The notes: generated by a model from the letters alone, not told the origin. 64,000 nucleotides of DNA from Planctomycetota bacterium (GCA_029978905.1 JAPOIM010000001.1:95871-159870), one strand, 5' to 3'. Positions 29,680 through 39,914 are shown, numbered from the stretch's first letter. Program-made: numbers and translations.

Positions 29680-30326
29680 TCCTGGTTGGACTTGCGGGAC
29701 AGATCGGCGTTGGCAAATCTACGGTGGCCGCCCGCCTGGCCGAGCATGGTGCCCACGTGATCGACGCCGATCGCCTTGCCCACGACGTGCTTGAGATCGC
29801 CTCTGTCCGCACGGCGATTGTGAGTCGGTTTGGCGAAGCCATCCTGGATGCGGAGGGTCGGGTGCACCGGCCCGCTCTCGCGGCCCGGGTCTTCGGGTCA
29901 ACCGCCGAGCACACCGCCGCCCTCGAGGACCTTGAAGCGATCGTGCATCCCGTCGTGCGTGCCCGCATGGAGGCCGAAATCGATCGACTGCAACAGGATG
30001 CTGGCGATCAGGCCGAAAACCTCGTGATTGTCCTCGACGTGCCGCTGCTCGTGCAGAGTGGCTGGGCCGAGCGGTGTGACCGCATCATCGAGGTCCACTG
30101 CGACGACGGCGTGCGAAAAAACCGCCTTCGGGCTCGCGGCTGGTCGCTCGAGTCGATCGGATGGCGGGACGCCGCCTGGAAGCGACGGATGCCCGGGGGC
30201 GGCCTGAAGAGCGTGGTGGATGCCGCCAGAATCACGACCGTGGATACGTCTTCCACGATTTCCTATACTCAAGAGGTCGTTGATCGGATCTGGCGATGGA
30301 TTTGGGGCGGTTCACTGCCTTGCTGA
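29676..30326 (+). CDS. coaE: Dephospho-CoA kinase
   Basis: The GTG start overlaps the polA stop (GTGA). P-loop [12 protein letters not shown], then IDADRLAH. Confidence 0.88.
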   Translation: MILVGLAGQIGVGKSTVAARLAEHGAHVIDADRLAHDVLEIASVRTAIVSRFGEAILDAEGRVHRPALAARVFGSTAEHTAALEDLEAIVHPVVRARMEAEIDRLQQDAGDQAENLVIVLDVPLLVQSGWAERCDRIIEVHCDDGVRKNRLRARGWSLESIGWRDAAWKRRMPGGGLKSVVDAARITTVDTSSTISYTQEVVDRIWRWIWGGSLPC

Positions 30327-30471
30327 TCCTTGCTTCCTGTGGCCGTGCACGCGGCCATCGGTTCCGACAACGTCCCGCCTTCCTCCCTCCTCCTCACTCC
30401 GTTCCTGGCCTTCCGTGTGGCCATTGGCCCGCAGTCTCGTCGTGCCTTCAACCCACACCAGGCACCTCCTC

Positions 30472-31875
30472 ATGACACGACCCGATTCCGATCGTTTGCC
30501 GCAGTCCCCTCTCGACGACGAGAACGAGCCGCTCTCCATCGCCGAAGAGATCGCCGAAGAGGTGAAGGAAGACGGCCTTGAGCCGCGCGACCGCTACGAA
30601 GCCCTCAAGCGTGGCGACACCTACATCTCGTCGCTGCAGCGGATGTCGATGCCCGAACTGATCGAGCTTGCTCGCAAAGAGTGCGGCGGCGATGTGACGG
30701 GCGTGAAGAAGCATGAGCTCGTGTTTCGCATTCTCAAGGAACGCGTGAAGCTCAACGGCCTGATGTTTGGCGAGGGAACCCTTGAGATCCTGCCAGACGG
30801 CTTCGGTTTTCTTCGTAGTCCTGATTACCACTATCTCTCCTGCCCAGACGACATCTACGTTTCCCCCAGCCAGATTCGTCGGTTTGGGTTGCGGAACGGC
30901 ACCAGCGTCGCAGGGCAGATCCGCCCGCCCAAAGAGAGCGAGCGTTACTTCGCACTCCTGCGGGTCGAGGCGATCAATGGTGATGACCCGGCGAAGCTTT
31001 CCAGCCGAGTCTTTTTCGATGACCTCACACCGCTGCATCCGGACCGTCGGATTCGGATGGAAACCACCCCAGACGAAGTGGCGACCCGCGTTGTCGACCT
31101 GATCGTGCCGATTGGGTTCGGACAGCGTGGCCTGATTGTCAGTCCACCGCGGGCAGGCAAGACGATCCTCCTGCAGAAGATGGCCAAGGCGGTGCTCGCC
31201 AACTATCCCGACGCCTACGTGATCATGCTCTTGATCGACGAACGGCCCGAGGAAGTGACCGACATGGAGCGGCAGGTAAAAGGCCCCTCCTGCGAGGTCA
31301 TCAGTTCGACGTTTGATGAAAACGCCTCACGCCACATTCAGGTCGCGGAGATGGTGATCGAAAAGGCGAAGCGTCTTGTGGAATATGGCAAAGACGTCGT
31401 TATTTTCCTCGACTCCATCACGCGATTGGCCCGGGCGTGGAACTCCGAAGTGCCCAACTCAGGCAAGATCCTCTCCGGGGGTGTGGATGCGGCAGCACTC
31501 CAGCGGCCGAAGCGATTCTTTGGTAGCGCTCGCAAGGTGGAAGAGGGTGGTTCTCTGACGATTCTTGCCACCGCGCTCGTCGACACCGGCAGCCGCATGG
31601 ACGAGGTGATCTTTGAGGAGTTCAAAGGCACTGGGAACCTGGAGATCGTGCTCGACCGCAGGCTTGTCGACAAACGCATCTGGCCGGCAATCGACATCAA
31701 CCGCTCGGGAACGCGACGCGAGGAGATGCTGCTGGACCCCGACGAGTACCGCCGCATGTGCGTGCTGAGGCGGGTCCTTGGTGAAATGAACCCAACCGAC
31801 TCAATGGAACTGCTCGTCAACCGACTCTCGAAGACGCCCTCCAACGCTCAGTTTCTCGCGAGCCTCAAGTCGTAG
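30472..31875 (+). CDS. rho: Transcription termination factor Rho
   Basis: The internal ATG at 30472 gives MTRPDSD.... Landmarks are the Rho_N segment [13 protein letters not shown], the cold-shock-like RNA-binding part GFGFLR, Walker A PPRAGKT, and LIDERPEEV. Confidence 0.95.
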   Translation: MTRPDSDRLPQSPLDDENEPLSIAEEIAEEVKEDGLEPRDRYEALKRGDTYISSLQRMSMPELIELARKECGGDVTGVKKHELVFRILKERVKLNGLMFGEGTLEILPDGFGFLRSPDYHYLSCPDDIYVSPSQIRRFGLRNGTSVAGQIRPPKESERYFALLRVEAINGDDPAKLSSRVFFDDLTPLHPDRRIRMETTPDEVATRVVDLIVPIGFGQRGLIVSPPRAGKTILLQKMAKAVLANYPDAYVIMLLIDERPEEVTDMERQVKGPSCEVISSTFDENASRHIQVAEMVIEKAKRLVEYGKDVVIFLDSITRLARAWNSEVPNSGKILSGGVDAAALQRPKRFFGSARKVEEGGSLTILATALVDTGSRMDEVIFEEFKGTGNLEIVLDRRLVDKRIWPAIDINRSGTRREEMLLDPDEYRRMCVLRRVLGEMNPTDSMELLVNRLSKTPSNAQFLASLKS

Positions 31876-31884
31876 GATCCCTGC

Positions 31885-32442
31885 ATGACGTACCAGAAGG
31901 TTTCCCTCGACGCGTCGGCAGACCTCGAGCCGATCGATGCGACCATCCTGGCAGACGCCGAACTGGCCCCGTCAACTCGCGTGGGCATCGTCGTTTCGCA
32001 ATTCAACAAGCCAATCACGCATCGCCTGCTGGCAGCTGCGGTGACCACCCTCCGCGGAGCAGGGATTGCCGCCGATGCGATCGACGTGGCGTGGGTGCCA
32101 GGGAGTTTTGAACTCCCCCTCGCAGCTGACCGTCTGGCATCCACCGGGCAGTATGCGGGCGTCATCTGCCTTGGTGCCATCATCAAAGGCGAGACGACGC
32201 ACGATCGTCACATCGCCACGGCGGTTGCCGTCGGGATCGAACAGGCCTCCCGTGCACGGGCCATTCCGATCACTTTTGGAGTGCTGACGTGCGAAACGCC
32301 GGAGCAAGCGATCGCCCGCGCGGGTGGAGCGCAAGGCAACAAGGGCGTGGAAGCCGCCGAAGCCACCCTTGCCATGCTCCGGCTCATGCCAACGCTCACC
32401 CAGCCCCGAAACACGACTCACGCGAGCCATGGCCGTGTGTGA
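31885..32442 (+). CDS. ribH: 6,7-dimethyl-8-ribityllumazine synthase
   Basis: RVGIVVSQFN...VPGSFELP...GAIIKGETTHDRHIA...FGVLTCET, the classic RibH pattern. Confidence 0.92.
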   Translation: MTYQKVSLDASADLEPIDATILADAELAPSTRVGIVVSQFNKPITHRLLAAAVTTLRGAGIAADAIDVAWVPGSFELPLAADRLASTGQYAGVICLGAIIKGETTHDRHIATAVAVGIEQASRARAIPITFGVLTCETPEQAIARAGGAQGNKGVEAAEATLAMLRLMPTLTQPRNTTHASHGRV

Positions 32443-32511
32443 CAACGGCTCTCACGGCCTCTTTTCCTGAGCGTCTCAACCTTCTTGGATTCTCCTGCTG
32501 ACCCGCACCTT

Positions 32512-32967
32512 ATGACCGCACCGATTCCCTCCCGACGCCGCGCCCGTGAGGTTGCCCTCCAGGCCCTTTATCAAATCGATCTCGTTGCCTCGGCAGACCC
32601 AACGTTTCTTGAGCGATTCATCATCGCCAGGCTTCGCGCCGCGCCGCTCGTCAAATTCAGCCAAGGCCTCGTCGATGGTGTGCGCTCGAACCTCGGCGCG
32701 ATCGATACCGAGATTGAGGGGCGGGCCGAGAACTGGCGGCTGTCGCGGATGACGGTGGTCGACCGTAGCCTGCTGCGGATGGCCACCTTCGAAATCCTGT
32801 ACACCGATGTCCCGGCCGCGGTCGCCGCTGACGAAGCGGTGGAGTTGGCGAAACGCTACGGCGCGGAGTCTTCCCCCCGCTTCGTGGCGGGAATTCTGGC
32901 GAAGTTGATTGCCGACCACTGCGGCGACGCTGCGGCACCGACGCCGAACGGCACCACCCCTTCGTAG
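32512..32967 (+). CDS. nusB: Transcription antitermination factor NusB
   Basis: The ATG at 32512 gives MTAPIPSRRRAREVALQALYQIDL. DEAVELAKRYGAESSPRFVAGILAKL is also present. The ribH-nusB order is conserved. Confidence 0.9.
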   Translation: MTAPIPSRRRAREVALQALYQIDLVASADPTFLERFIIARLRAAPLVKFSQGLVDGVRSNLGAIDTEIEGRAENWRLSRMTVVDRSLLRMATFEILYTDVPAAVAADEAVELAKRYGAESSPRFVAGILAKLIADHCGDAAAPTPNGTTPS

Positions 32968-32980
32968 AGGACACGCACCG

Positions 32981-34033
32981 ATGGCTCTGTTTCGCTTTCG
33001 TGGCTCAGAGAAGCCCGCGACGACCGGCGCGGCCCCGGCTCCCGCCACCCCCGACACCGACGGCGCCGCGGCACCCGCCGACGACGCGGGGGGCAAAGGC
33101 GGGCTGCTCGATCGCTTTCGTGCTGGCCTAAAAAAAACCGTCCAGGTCCTCAACACCGACGTTCGCGACCTCTTCAAGCAAGAGGGCCGTCTCGTCGATG
33201 AGTCCTTCCTCAACGACCTGCGGCGTGCCCTCATCCGCACAGACATGGGCCCGTCGGCGGCCGAAGACATCGTCAAAGACGTGTATGCGAAGCAGCGCGC
33301 GCGGGTCGTCGATCCAGAGAGCGTTCTCGACTCGATCCGAGCAACGCTCGCCCAACGGTTGCATCAAACCAATGCTCCGCTCGCCGAAGCAACCAGCGGC
33401 CCAACCGTGATCCTGGTGACCGGCGTGAACGGGTCTGGGAAGACGACCTCCATCGCCAAACTCGCCAATCGTTTTACCAAGCAGGGAAAGCGGGTGGTGC
33501 TCGGCGCCGGCGACACTTTTCGTGCCGCGGCCGTGGAGCAGCTGGCGATGTGGGCTTCCCGTATTGGGGCTGAGATCGTGCGCTCCGACCAAGGCGCCGA
33601 TCCCGCGAGCGTTGCCCACCGAGCCGTGGCCCGGGCTCTCGAGGGAGCCTTTGACATCTGCATCATCGACACCGCGGGGCGGCTGCAGACACAGTCGAAC
33701 CTGATGCAGGAACTCAGCAAGATTCGCCGTGTGATTGCCAAGCAGATTCCAGACGCCCCTCACGAAGTGCTCCTCGTGATCGACGCGACCGCGGGGCAAA
33801 ACGCGCTCTCGCAGGCGAAGGGATTCTCGGAAGCAGCAGGCTGCACCGGCATCGTGCTTGCGAAACTCGATGGCTCGGCTCGTGGCGGCGTGGTGGTGCC
33901 GGTCACCGAGACATTCAAACTCCCCGTGAAGTTTGTCGGCCTTGGTGAACAGGCGGACGACTTGGCTGTGTTTGACCCGCAGCGGTACCTCGAGGCCCTG
34001 TTGGCTGGAAGTTTCGACGTCAGCCGGGCTTGA
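32981..34033 (+). CDS. ftsY: Signal recognition particle receptor FtsY
   Basis: The ATG at 32981 gives MALFRFRG.... Motifs are GVNGSGKTTSIAKLA, DTFRAAAVEQL, DTAGRL and KLDGSARGG. Confidence 0.93.
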   Translation: MALFRFRGSEKPATTGAAPAPATPDTDGAAAPADDAGGKGGLLDRFRAGLKKTVQVLNTDVRDLFKQEGRLVDESFLNDLRRALIRTDMGPSAAEDIVKDVYAKQRARVVDPESVLDSIRATLAQRLHQTNAPLAEATSGPTVILVTGVNGSGKTTSIAKLANRFTKQGKRVVLGAGDTFRAAAVEQLAMWASRIGAEIVRSDQGADPASVAHRAVARALEGAFDICIIDTAGRLQTQSNLMQELSKIRRVIAKQIPDAPHEVLLVIDATAGQNALSQAKGFSEAAGCTGIVLAKLDGSARGGVVVPVTETFKLPVKFVGLGEQADDLAVFDPQRYLEALLAGSFDVSRA

Positions 34034-34322
34034 AGGCCCGTCGAACCCAGCGATCTTTCTCCCGCAGCCCCCCCATTCTCTCGCACGGCCCCCCAAGCCG
34101 CGTGCGGGTTGTACGCGTGAGGAAGACTTTTCCGGCTGTGGGAATCGTTCCGTATTTTCCGGGTGCGATTGGACGAGATTCTCCGTGTGTTCGGACTATG
34201 CGGCTTCTTCGGTCTGCCCTTTGGCGGGGGGACAGTCACGACCGCAGGCTGAGCACGTCGCCTCGGGGGGGGTGCGACCGCGCATCCTCTGTTTTTATCT
34301 CAGGATTGGGAGCTCGCCGACA

Positions 34323-35795
34323 ATGAAGTTCATGAAGTTCACCTTGCCCGCGTGGGTTGCTGCTGGCCTTGTGGCCGCCGCACCCGCCAGTGGCGCGGAT
34401 TTTGGCTCATACGACACGTACGCCCAAAACACCGCTCCGGCACCTGCCGACGATTCGGTGCCGCCAGTCACCCTCATGCCACGTGCCGGGGTGCCTGATG
34501 AAGACGTCTACCAGCTTCGAGCTGCAGCGCCACAAGAAGCTGCCGTTGAGCAGGGTGCCAACCGCTACCTGGAAACCGACTTCCTCATGAAGCGTGGCAT
34601 CAGCACCTACGGCTGGATCGACGCCGGCATCGGTGCCAACAACTGGGGCGCCCCCTGGAACGGGCCGATCACGTTTAATGATCGCAACTGGCAAGCCCAG
34701 ATGAACCAGCTCTACCTCGTCAACGAGAAGGTACTCGACGACGACTTCAGCTGGGGCGGTCGCATCGACCTGCTCTACGGCACGGACTACATCTACACCG
34801 TGGCCGCGGGCCTCGACTCCTTCCGGTCCACGCCTGACCCACTCGGCCTGACCGGCCCTCGCTGGGGTTCCAGCCGCTACTACGGCTTGGCCATGCCACA
34901 GCTCTACGGAGAACTCGGCAGCCAGGAGTTGAACGTGAAGTTTGGCCACTTCTACACCCTTATCGGGTACGAAGTGGTGCCGGCCATCGGCAACTTCTTC
35001 TACACCCACGCCTACACCATGCAGTACGGTGAGCCCTTCACCCACACTGGCATCTTGGGCACGTGGGCTCCGAGCGATCAGTTCACCCTGATCGGCGGTG
35101 TCACCAATGGCTGGGATAACTGGGACGACGGATTAGAGACCGGTGGTCCAATCCTGAACACCAACTATCCCGACTACAACAACAACGCCTCGTTCCTCGG
35201 TGCGGTCACACTGGCCAGTGCCGATGAAACCCAGGCTTTCACGTTTGCCATCACCAGTGGCAATCAGATCAATGGCTCACAGAACGTGGCCGGCCAGGAC
35301 TACAACCTGGTTGGGAACCGCACAATGATGAGCGCTGTGTACACCAACGAGTTCTCTGATCGTCTGACCTACGTGTTCCAGAACGACTACGGTTGGAGTT
35401 TCAATGCCAACCCGACGTACCAGAACATCGGTCAGCAGCAGGGCACGGCCCAGTGGTACGGCGTGAATCAGTACCTGTTCTGGAACTTCACCGACAACCT
35501 GATCGGCGGTCTGCGGTTTGAGTGGTTCCGTGACAACAACGGTACCCGTGTGGCCTACGGTCTGCGTGACGGATCGCCAGGAGCGGGTGAGTTCGCTGGC
35601 AACTTCTGGGAGATGACATGGGGTCTCAACTACCTCATGGGCAGCAATGTCGTCATCCGTCCAGAACTTCGCTACGACTGGTACACGCCTGACGCCGGTT
35701 CGGCTGGCGGACTGCCTTACGGCAAGATCGCCAACGGCACGGGCACCGAGTACGGCCAGTTCTACGGCGGCTGCGACGTGATCTGGCAGTTCTAA
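34323..35795 (+). CDS. Putative outer-membrane beta-barrel porin
   Basis: The ATG at 34323 gives the signal peptide MKFMKFTLPAWVAAGLVAAAPASGA. The protein is rich in Gly, Tyr, Asn and Trp with an alternating pattern and ends in a C-terminal Phe (VIWQF). A strong terminator follows. Confidence 0.65.
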   Translation: MKFMKFTLPAWVAAGLVAAAPASGADFGSYDTYAQNTAPAPADDSVPPVTLMPRAGVPDEDVYQLRAAAPQEAAVEQGANRYLETDFLMKRGISTYGWIDAGIGANNWGAPWNGPITFNDRNWQAQMNQLYLVNEKVLDDDFSWGGRIDLLYGTDYIYTVAAGLDSFRSTPDPLGLTGPRWGSSRYYGLAMPQLYGELGSQELNVKFGHFYTLIGYEVVPAIGNFFYTHAYTMQYGEPFTHTGILGTWAPSDQFTLIGGVTNGWDNWDDGLETGGPILNTNYPDYNNNASFLGAVTLASADETQAFTFAITSGNQINGSQNVAGQDYNLVGNRTMMSAVYTNEFSDRLTYVFQNDYGWSFNANPTYQNIGQQQGTAQWYGVNQYLFWNFTDNLIGGLRFEWFRDNNGTRVAYGLRDGSPGAGEFAGNFWEMTWGLNYLMGSNVVIRPELRYDWYTPDAGSAGGLPYGKIANGTGTEYGQFYGGCDVIWQF

Positions 35796-35827
35796 GTACC
35801 GAGAAGCCCTCGATTTCGAGGCGACAG

Positions 35828-35862
35828 CGCTGCCCGCCGGCAACGGCGGGCAGCGTTTTTTT
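35828..35862 (+). terminator. Rho-independent terminator of the porin gene
   Basis: Perfect 12-bp GC-rich stem CGCTGCCCGCCG / CGGCGGGCAGCG (35828-35839 and 35844-35855), a GCAA tetraloop, then T7 (35856-35862). Confidence 0.9.
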
Positions 35863-36068
35863 GTGCGCCGAGGGCCGCCAAGGGTGGGCATGGGCACGCA
35901 AAAACACGAGTTCCAGGTGCCCCGATAACCGGTGCAGCCCTCCCCGTTGTAGAAATCAGCCCTCCGAGGAGGTCGGATCCGTTCCCGGGGCCTTCGCTCA
36001 CTCGCGAAGTCACCCTCGAAGACCCGATGAAGATCGAGAATCGTTCACCCTGGCAGGGAGGCCACTGC

Positions 36069-36608
36069 ATGCTCGCGCGTTTCGTTTCACGTCGTCTCCG
36101 TGGTACCGCTCTCGCGGGAGCGGCCTTTGTTGCCGCGGCCCTCGTGCTGTCGACGACCCGCGACGCCTGCGCCAACGAACTTCCGTGGCACAACTCCCTG
36201 GAGGCGGCAGTGGCCTCCGCACATCGTGAAGGGAAGCCGATCCTTACGTTCTTCACCGGAAGCGATTGGTGCCAGCACTGCAAGACACTCGAAGCCAACG
36301 TGCTCGAGACCAACCGCTTTCGCGCCTGGGCCGAAGACCACGTGGTGCTCTTGGAAATCGACATGCCCCAACAGGGCATCACCAAGGCAGAGCGGGCCGA
36401 GCGTTCACAGATCTGCAAAGCGTATGGGATTCGCTCATTCCCGAGCGTGGTGCTGATCGACCAAGACGGCACGAAGCTCTACAGCCAGGCGGGTTATGGC
36501 GGCCAGTCCGCGCCCCTGTGGATTGAGATGGTTGCTAAGCACCTGCCGCCCAAGGCCACCACCGTCGCCGAGGCCTCGAGTGCGTCTGAAACGCCTGCCC
36601 TGCGTTAG
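36069..36608 (+). CDS. Secreted thioredoxin-fold protein (Thioredoxin_7-like)
   Basis: Signal peptide MLARFVSRRLRGTALAGAAFVAAALVLS. CxxC active site in FFTGSDWCQHCKTLE. SFPSVVLIDQDG is also present. An alternative start is at 36027. Confidence 0.8.
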   Translation: MLARFVSRRLRGTALAGAAFVAAALVLSTTRDACANELPWHNSLEAAVASAHREGKPILTFFTGSDWCQHCKTLEANVLETNRFRAWAEDHVVLLEIDMPQQGITKAERAERSQICKAYGIRSFPSVVLIDQDGTKLYSQAGYGGQSAPLWIEMVAKHLPPKATTVAEASSASETPALR

Positions 36609-36637
36609 CCGTCTACGCAGCAAAGGACGCCGTCCCA

Positions 36638-37894
36638 CTACAGGTCTTGGCTGCCGGTGCGGAAACGGGCTGCCTCGACGTTGAGTTCGCGGATGGCCCG
36701 GCGAAGGTCGTCGAGCGACCCGGCGAAAACCGCCATCGACGCGGAAGACGCTCCGGCTCCTTCGGTGAGGCCTTCGATCGTGTCGCGAATCTGCCTCGCT
36801 CCGAGCGACTGCGCTTGCATGCCTTCGTGCACATGTTCAAGCGCCTGCGTCACGGTCTGCACAGGTTCGATCACGCGGCCGAGTTGCTCGCTGACGTCGG
36901 CCACCTCTCCGATTCGCTGCCCAACCTCTCCGCGAAAACGATCCATCTCCATCGTGCCGCTCGACACCGCGGCCTGCATGTCGCGGACCATCCGCTCGAT
37001 GTCTTTCGTCGCCAATGCGGTCTGATCGGCGAGCCGCCTGATCTCCTGGGCCACGATCCGGAATCCGCGGCCACTCTCACCAGCCTTCTCCGCCTCAATC
37101 GTCGCATTCACCGAGAGCAGGTTGGTCTGGTCTGCCACCTTGGCAATCGCGGTCACCACCGACGTAATCCCCGCCGCGCGCTGACTGATGGTGGAGAGCT
37201 TTCGCGTGAATGCATTCATCGCGTCGTCAAGTTTTTGCATCGAGTCGGTCATCGATGCCAACCCGTCGCGGCCCGCATCAGCGACCACCGCAGCCTCACG
37301 AGCAACCTGCGTGACGCGGCTCGTGCTGTCGAGCAGCTGTTCACTCGTGGCAGAAATCTGATTCACCGCAGCCGACACTTCCGAGGCGCTTTCGCTAAAC
37401 CTCCGAACGCTTCGATCCTGACGCGTGAGGGCCTCGGCGGCATCTGCCTCGACGCTCGAAAGCCGCTCACCCGCAGCCTGAATGCGGCCAATCAGGCCAC
37501 TCAGGCCTCGGGTCATCGTGTCGAGTGCGCCAAGCAGCCGGTCGATTTCCAGCGTGCTTGACGGGACAACCGTCGCCGTCAGATCTCCGGCCGCAATCGA
37601 TTCCGCCACGTCCACAGCCTGCCGAACAGGGCTTGTGATGGAGCGGGCAAGCCAGAGCGAGGCAAGCACGCCCGGAAGACCAATCACTGCAGCCGACGCC
37701 ACGGCAGCCGCCGCCTGCCAGACCAGCACGTCTCGGCTCGCCTCGGTCGACACCGACACGAGCACGGCTCCGCCCGACCGGCCATCCGCCCTGCGAACCG
37801 GGGCGGCCACGCGGTAACTCAGCGCTGTGAAACGCCCCGCAGGACGTCCACTGTCCACTGCCGCCCGCAAGAGCATCGAGTCCTCATCCGCCAA
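36638..37894 (-). CDS. Methyl-accepting chemotaxis protein, C-terminal fragment: end of the sensor domain, TM2, HAMP and the MCP signalling domain
   Basis: The listed start is a TTG. The TM segment is AAAAVASAAVIGLPGVLASLWLA, followed by HAMP (PVRQAVDVAESIAAGDL). The signalling hairpin is ADQTNLLSVNATIEAEKAGESGRGFRIVAQEIRRLADQT. It overlaps the N-terminal fragment in another frame. Confidence 0.8.
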   Translation of the reverse strand: MADEDSMLLRAAVDSGRPAGRFTALSYRVAAPVRRADGRSGGAVLVSVSTEASRDVLVWQAAAAVASAAVIGLPGVLASLWLARSITSPVRQAVDVAESIAAGDLTATVVPSSTLEIDRLLGALDTMTRGLSGLIGRIQAAGERLSSVEADAAEALTRQDRSVRRFSESASEVSAAVNQISATSEQLLDSTSRVTQVAREAAVVADAGRDGLASMTDSMQKLDDAMNAFTRKLSTISQRAAGITSVVTAIAKVADQTNLLSVNATIEAEKAGESGRGFRIVAQEIRRLADQTALATKDIERMVRDMQAAVSSGTMEMDRFRGEVGQRIGEVADVSEQLGRVIEPVQTVTQALEHVHEGMQAQSLGARQIRDTIEGLTEGAGASSASMAVFAGSLDDLRRAIRELNVEAARFRTGSQDL

Positions 37895-38625
37895 AGGCGC
37901 ACCACGCGGGCCAGCGAGTGCTCCACCGTCCGCTCGCCGGCTGACCTAGCTCCGCTCACGCTGCCATCGAAGATCTGTACCTCTTCGACCTGGCCGCCCG
38001 CGAGTTCTGAAACGAGCCGAGTCAGCCCCAGGTTTTCTTCCAGCCGTTCCAGAAAGAACGCTTCTATCCCCACCTGCACAATCCGGGGCTTGTCGATACC
38101 TCCGACACCCACGTACTTAAAGACGCGATCGTCGACCTCGCGTTTTCTCGCTTCCTGCACCACCGCAGCCGCTTCGCCGTCGATGAGACGGTAGAAGACG
38201 TGCGCCTGGGGCTGGGCTTGCGGATCGTTGAGAAAACGAAAATCACCGATGTCGGCAGTCGTGAGGTAGGCCAAGCCTTCTCCATCCGTCGCCAAAATCT
38301 CTAAGCCAAAGCGTCCCGCAGTTTCGGAGAGGGCTTGCTCGATCCGCTCTGGAGACACGCCCGCCTCTTCGCCAAGCGCCACGAGGTGCGCCGCGAGCGT
38401 GGCTTCCACCTTCATCTGCTCGGCAATTTCTTCCTCGACAAGGCTCGGCACGTCTTCGGCGAACGCGGTGGCCCTTGCGAGAAGGTCGGCAATCTCGTCT
38501 CCCCCCACCCGCGCCTGCTCGAGGACAGCCTGGCGGCCGGCGATCGTCTGCAGCAACGTGGTGACCACCACGGCAGCGAGGACGAGAAGTGTTGTCGTGA
38601 GGGCGATCTTCGAACGGAGCGACAT
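37819..38625 (-). CDS. Methyl-accepting chemotaxis protein, N-terminal fragment (TM1 plus Cache-like periplasmic sensor). Probably the frameshifted 5' part of the gene at 36638..37894.
   Basis: The ATG at 38625 gives MSLRSKIALTTTLLVLAAVVVTTLLQ (TM1). The last 30 or so residues (ERTVEHSLARVVRLWRMRTRCSCGRQW...) look out of frame. Confidence 0.65.
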   Translation of the reverse strand: MSLRSKIALTTTLLVLAAVVVTTLLQTIAGRQAVLEQARVGGDEIADLLARATAFAEDVPSLVEEEIAEQMKVEATLAAHLVALGEEAGVSPERIEQALSETAGRFGLEILATDGEGLAYLTTADIGDFRFLNDPQAQPQAHVFYRLIDGEAAAVVQEARKREVDDRVFKYVGVGGIDKPRIVQVGIEAFFLERLEENLGLTRLVSELAGGQVEEVQIFDGSVSGARSAGERTVEHSLARVVRLWRMRTRCSCGRQWTVDVLRGVSQR

Positions 38626-38720
38626 GCGTGGGGCATCTCCGGCAGGAACAGGCTCGGCAAGCACCGAACTCGTGAAAACCTAGCCCGCGACAGGCCTCAC
38701 CGCCACTCTCTCTTCACCAA

Positions 38721-39017
38721 TCACCGCGGTTGGATCGTCGCCAAACGCACACTCGGTGCCGGCTCGAACCGCACGGGCGGCTGCTCTGCCCGGATCGTCA
38801 TGGGAGGTTCCAGGGATCCGCTCGCCACCGCGGGCCGTCTGACGGCACCAGCGACCAGGCAGCCAAAGATCGGCAGAAACACCCACAACGGCGCCACACA
38901 CCAGGGCAACCAAACCGTCGGCCCCTCGCGAGGCGGCGTCGAGTTCTGAGTCTCGATCCGCACACGAACATTGGGGCGGGACGGGTTCTCAGCGTCGAGG
39001 GTGGCGGAGGGTGCCAT
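38721..39017 (-). CDS. Possible small membrane protein (98 aa)
   Basis: ATG start. The third codon position is mostly G/C by my count. There is one clear hydrophobic segment, VWLPWCVAPLWVFLPIFGCLVAG. The competing plus-strand frame is Arg-rich nonsense. Confidence 0.35.
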   Translation of the reverse strand: MAPSATLDAENPSRPNVRVRIETQNSTPPREGPTVWLPWCVAPLWVFLPIFGCLVAGAVRRPAVASGSLEPPMTIRAEQPPVRFEPAPSVRLATIQPR

Positions 39018-39118
39018 GGCGTTTCTCTGGGGCGGACGTGGCAGGGAAGTACCGCGGGCCGCCCCCGCAGATCAAGCCCAAATGACGCGTCCGCACGCGC
39101 ATCGCCCGAGAAAAACAG

Positions 39119-39204
39119 TGGCCGAGGCGGGGCTCGAACCCGCACACCCATTACTGGATACGGGATTTTAAGTCCCGTGCGTCTGCCTATTTCGCCACTC
39201 GGCC
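39119..39204 (-). tRNA. tRNA-Leu (anticodon UAA), type II with a long variable arm. No CCA is encoded.
   Basis: The reverse strand reads GGCCGAG-TG-GCGAAATAGGCAGACGC-A-CGGGA-CTTAAAA-TCCCG-TATCCAGTAATGGGTGT-GCGGG-TTCGAGC-CCCGC-CTCGGCC-A. The 7-bp acceptor stem, 5-bp anticodon stem and 5-bp T stem all pair. Confidence 0.93.
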
Positions 39205-39473
39205 GGCGGGAAGACTGCGAAAGTTGTACGGTCGACACTTCCCCGATCGCAATCCCGCACGGGAACCGACTCGACTCCCCGAGGACGATCGCGGCTGCTA
39301 CAAAGCCTGAGACAAGTGCGGATTGGCCACCCCCGCACAAGCCCTTTTCCGGTGGAGCGTTCCAGAGAGCGCGAGCGCCTCCGCGAGCCCAAAGGATGCG
39401 CCGCGTGCAGTCTTCGACTTCCCAACCCTCGCCACCACCAGGCGTTGATGGCTTTCTCGGTTCGCGGGCGTCG

Positions 39474-39911
39474 ATGGGAACCGACCTGGTGTTCGTGGCC
39501 CTCTTCGCCGTGCTTCCCTTGCTCGCCTGGGGGGTGCAGCTCGCTCGTCGGAAGAACTACCGTTGGCACAAGGCGGCCCAACTGAGCATCGCCGCGGCAC
39601 TCCTCCTGGCAATCCTCGTGTTCGAAATCGACATGCGGCTTGTCAGTGGCTGGAAGCCGCGAGCCCTTAGCAGCCCGTGGTGGCCAAACGGAGTGTGGAC
39701 CGCCTTGAGCATCCACCTCTTCTTTTCGATCTCCACCGTCGTGCTCTGGATCTGGGTGGTCTGGGAAGCCCTGCGGCGTTTCCCGTCACCACCAGCTCCG
39801 GCCGACCACAGCCGTCGCCATCGTCTGATGGGGCGTTTGGCCGCAGCGGACCTGTTCCTCACCTCTGTGACCGGGTGGATCTTCTACTGGTTTGCATTCG
39901 TCGCCAGTTGA
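39474..39911 (+). CDS. DUF420-family membrane protein
   Basis: The ATG at 39474 gives MGTDLVFVALFAVLPLLAWGVQLARRKNYRWHK. There are four TM segments. The listed 5' extension from 38730 crosses the tRNA and is Arg-rich. Confidence 0.7.
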   Translation: MGTDLVFVALFAVLPLLAWGVQLARRKNYRWHKAAQLSIAAALLLAILVFEIDMRLVSGWKPRALSSPWWPNGVWTALSIHLFFSISTVVLWIWVVWEALRRFPSPPAPADHSRRHRLMGRLAAADLFLTSVTGWIFYWFAFVAS

Positions 39912-39914
39912 CGC

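Noticed and set aside
33130-33137. An A8 homopolymer inside ftsY as a possible slippage or frameshift site.
   Set aside because: The reading frame runs straight through it (GLKKTVQ) and FtsY motifs continue in the same frame. It is just a Lys-Lys codon pair.
36599-36619. A 6-bp hairpin (CTGCGT...ACGCAG) between the convergent thioredoxin-like and MCP genes, considered as a terminator.
   Set aside because: The stem is short, the loop is 9 nt and there is no U-tract. It overlaps the stop codon region. It is not distinguishable from chance in GC-rich DNA.
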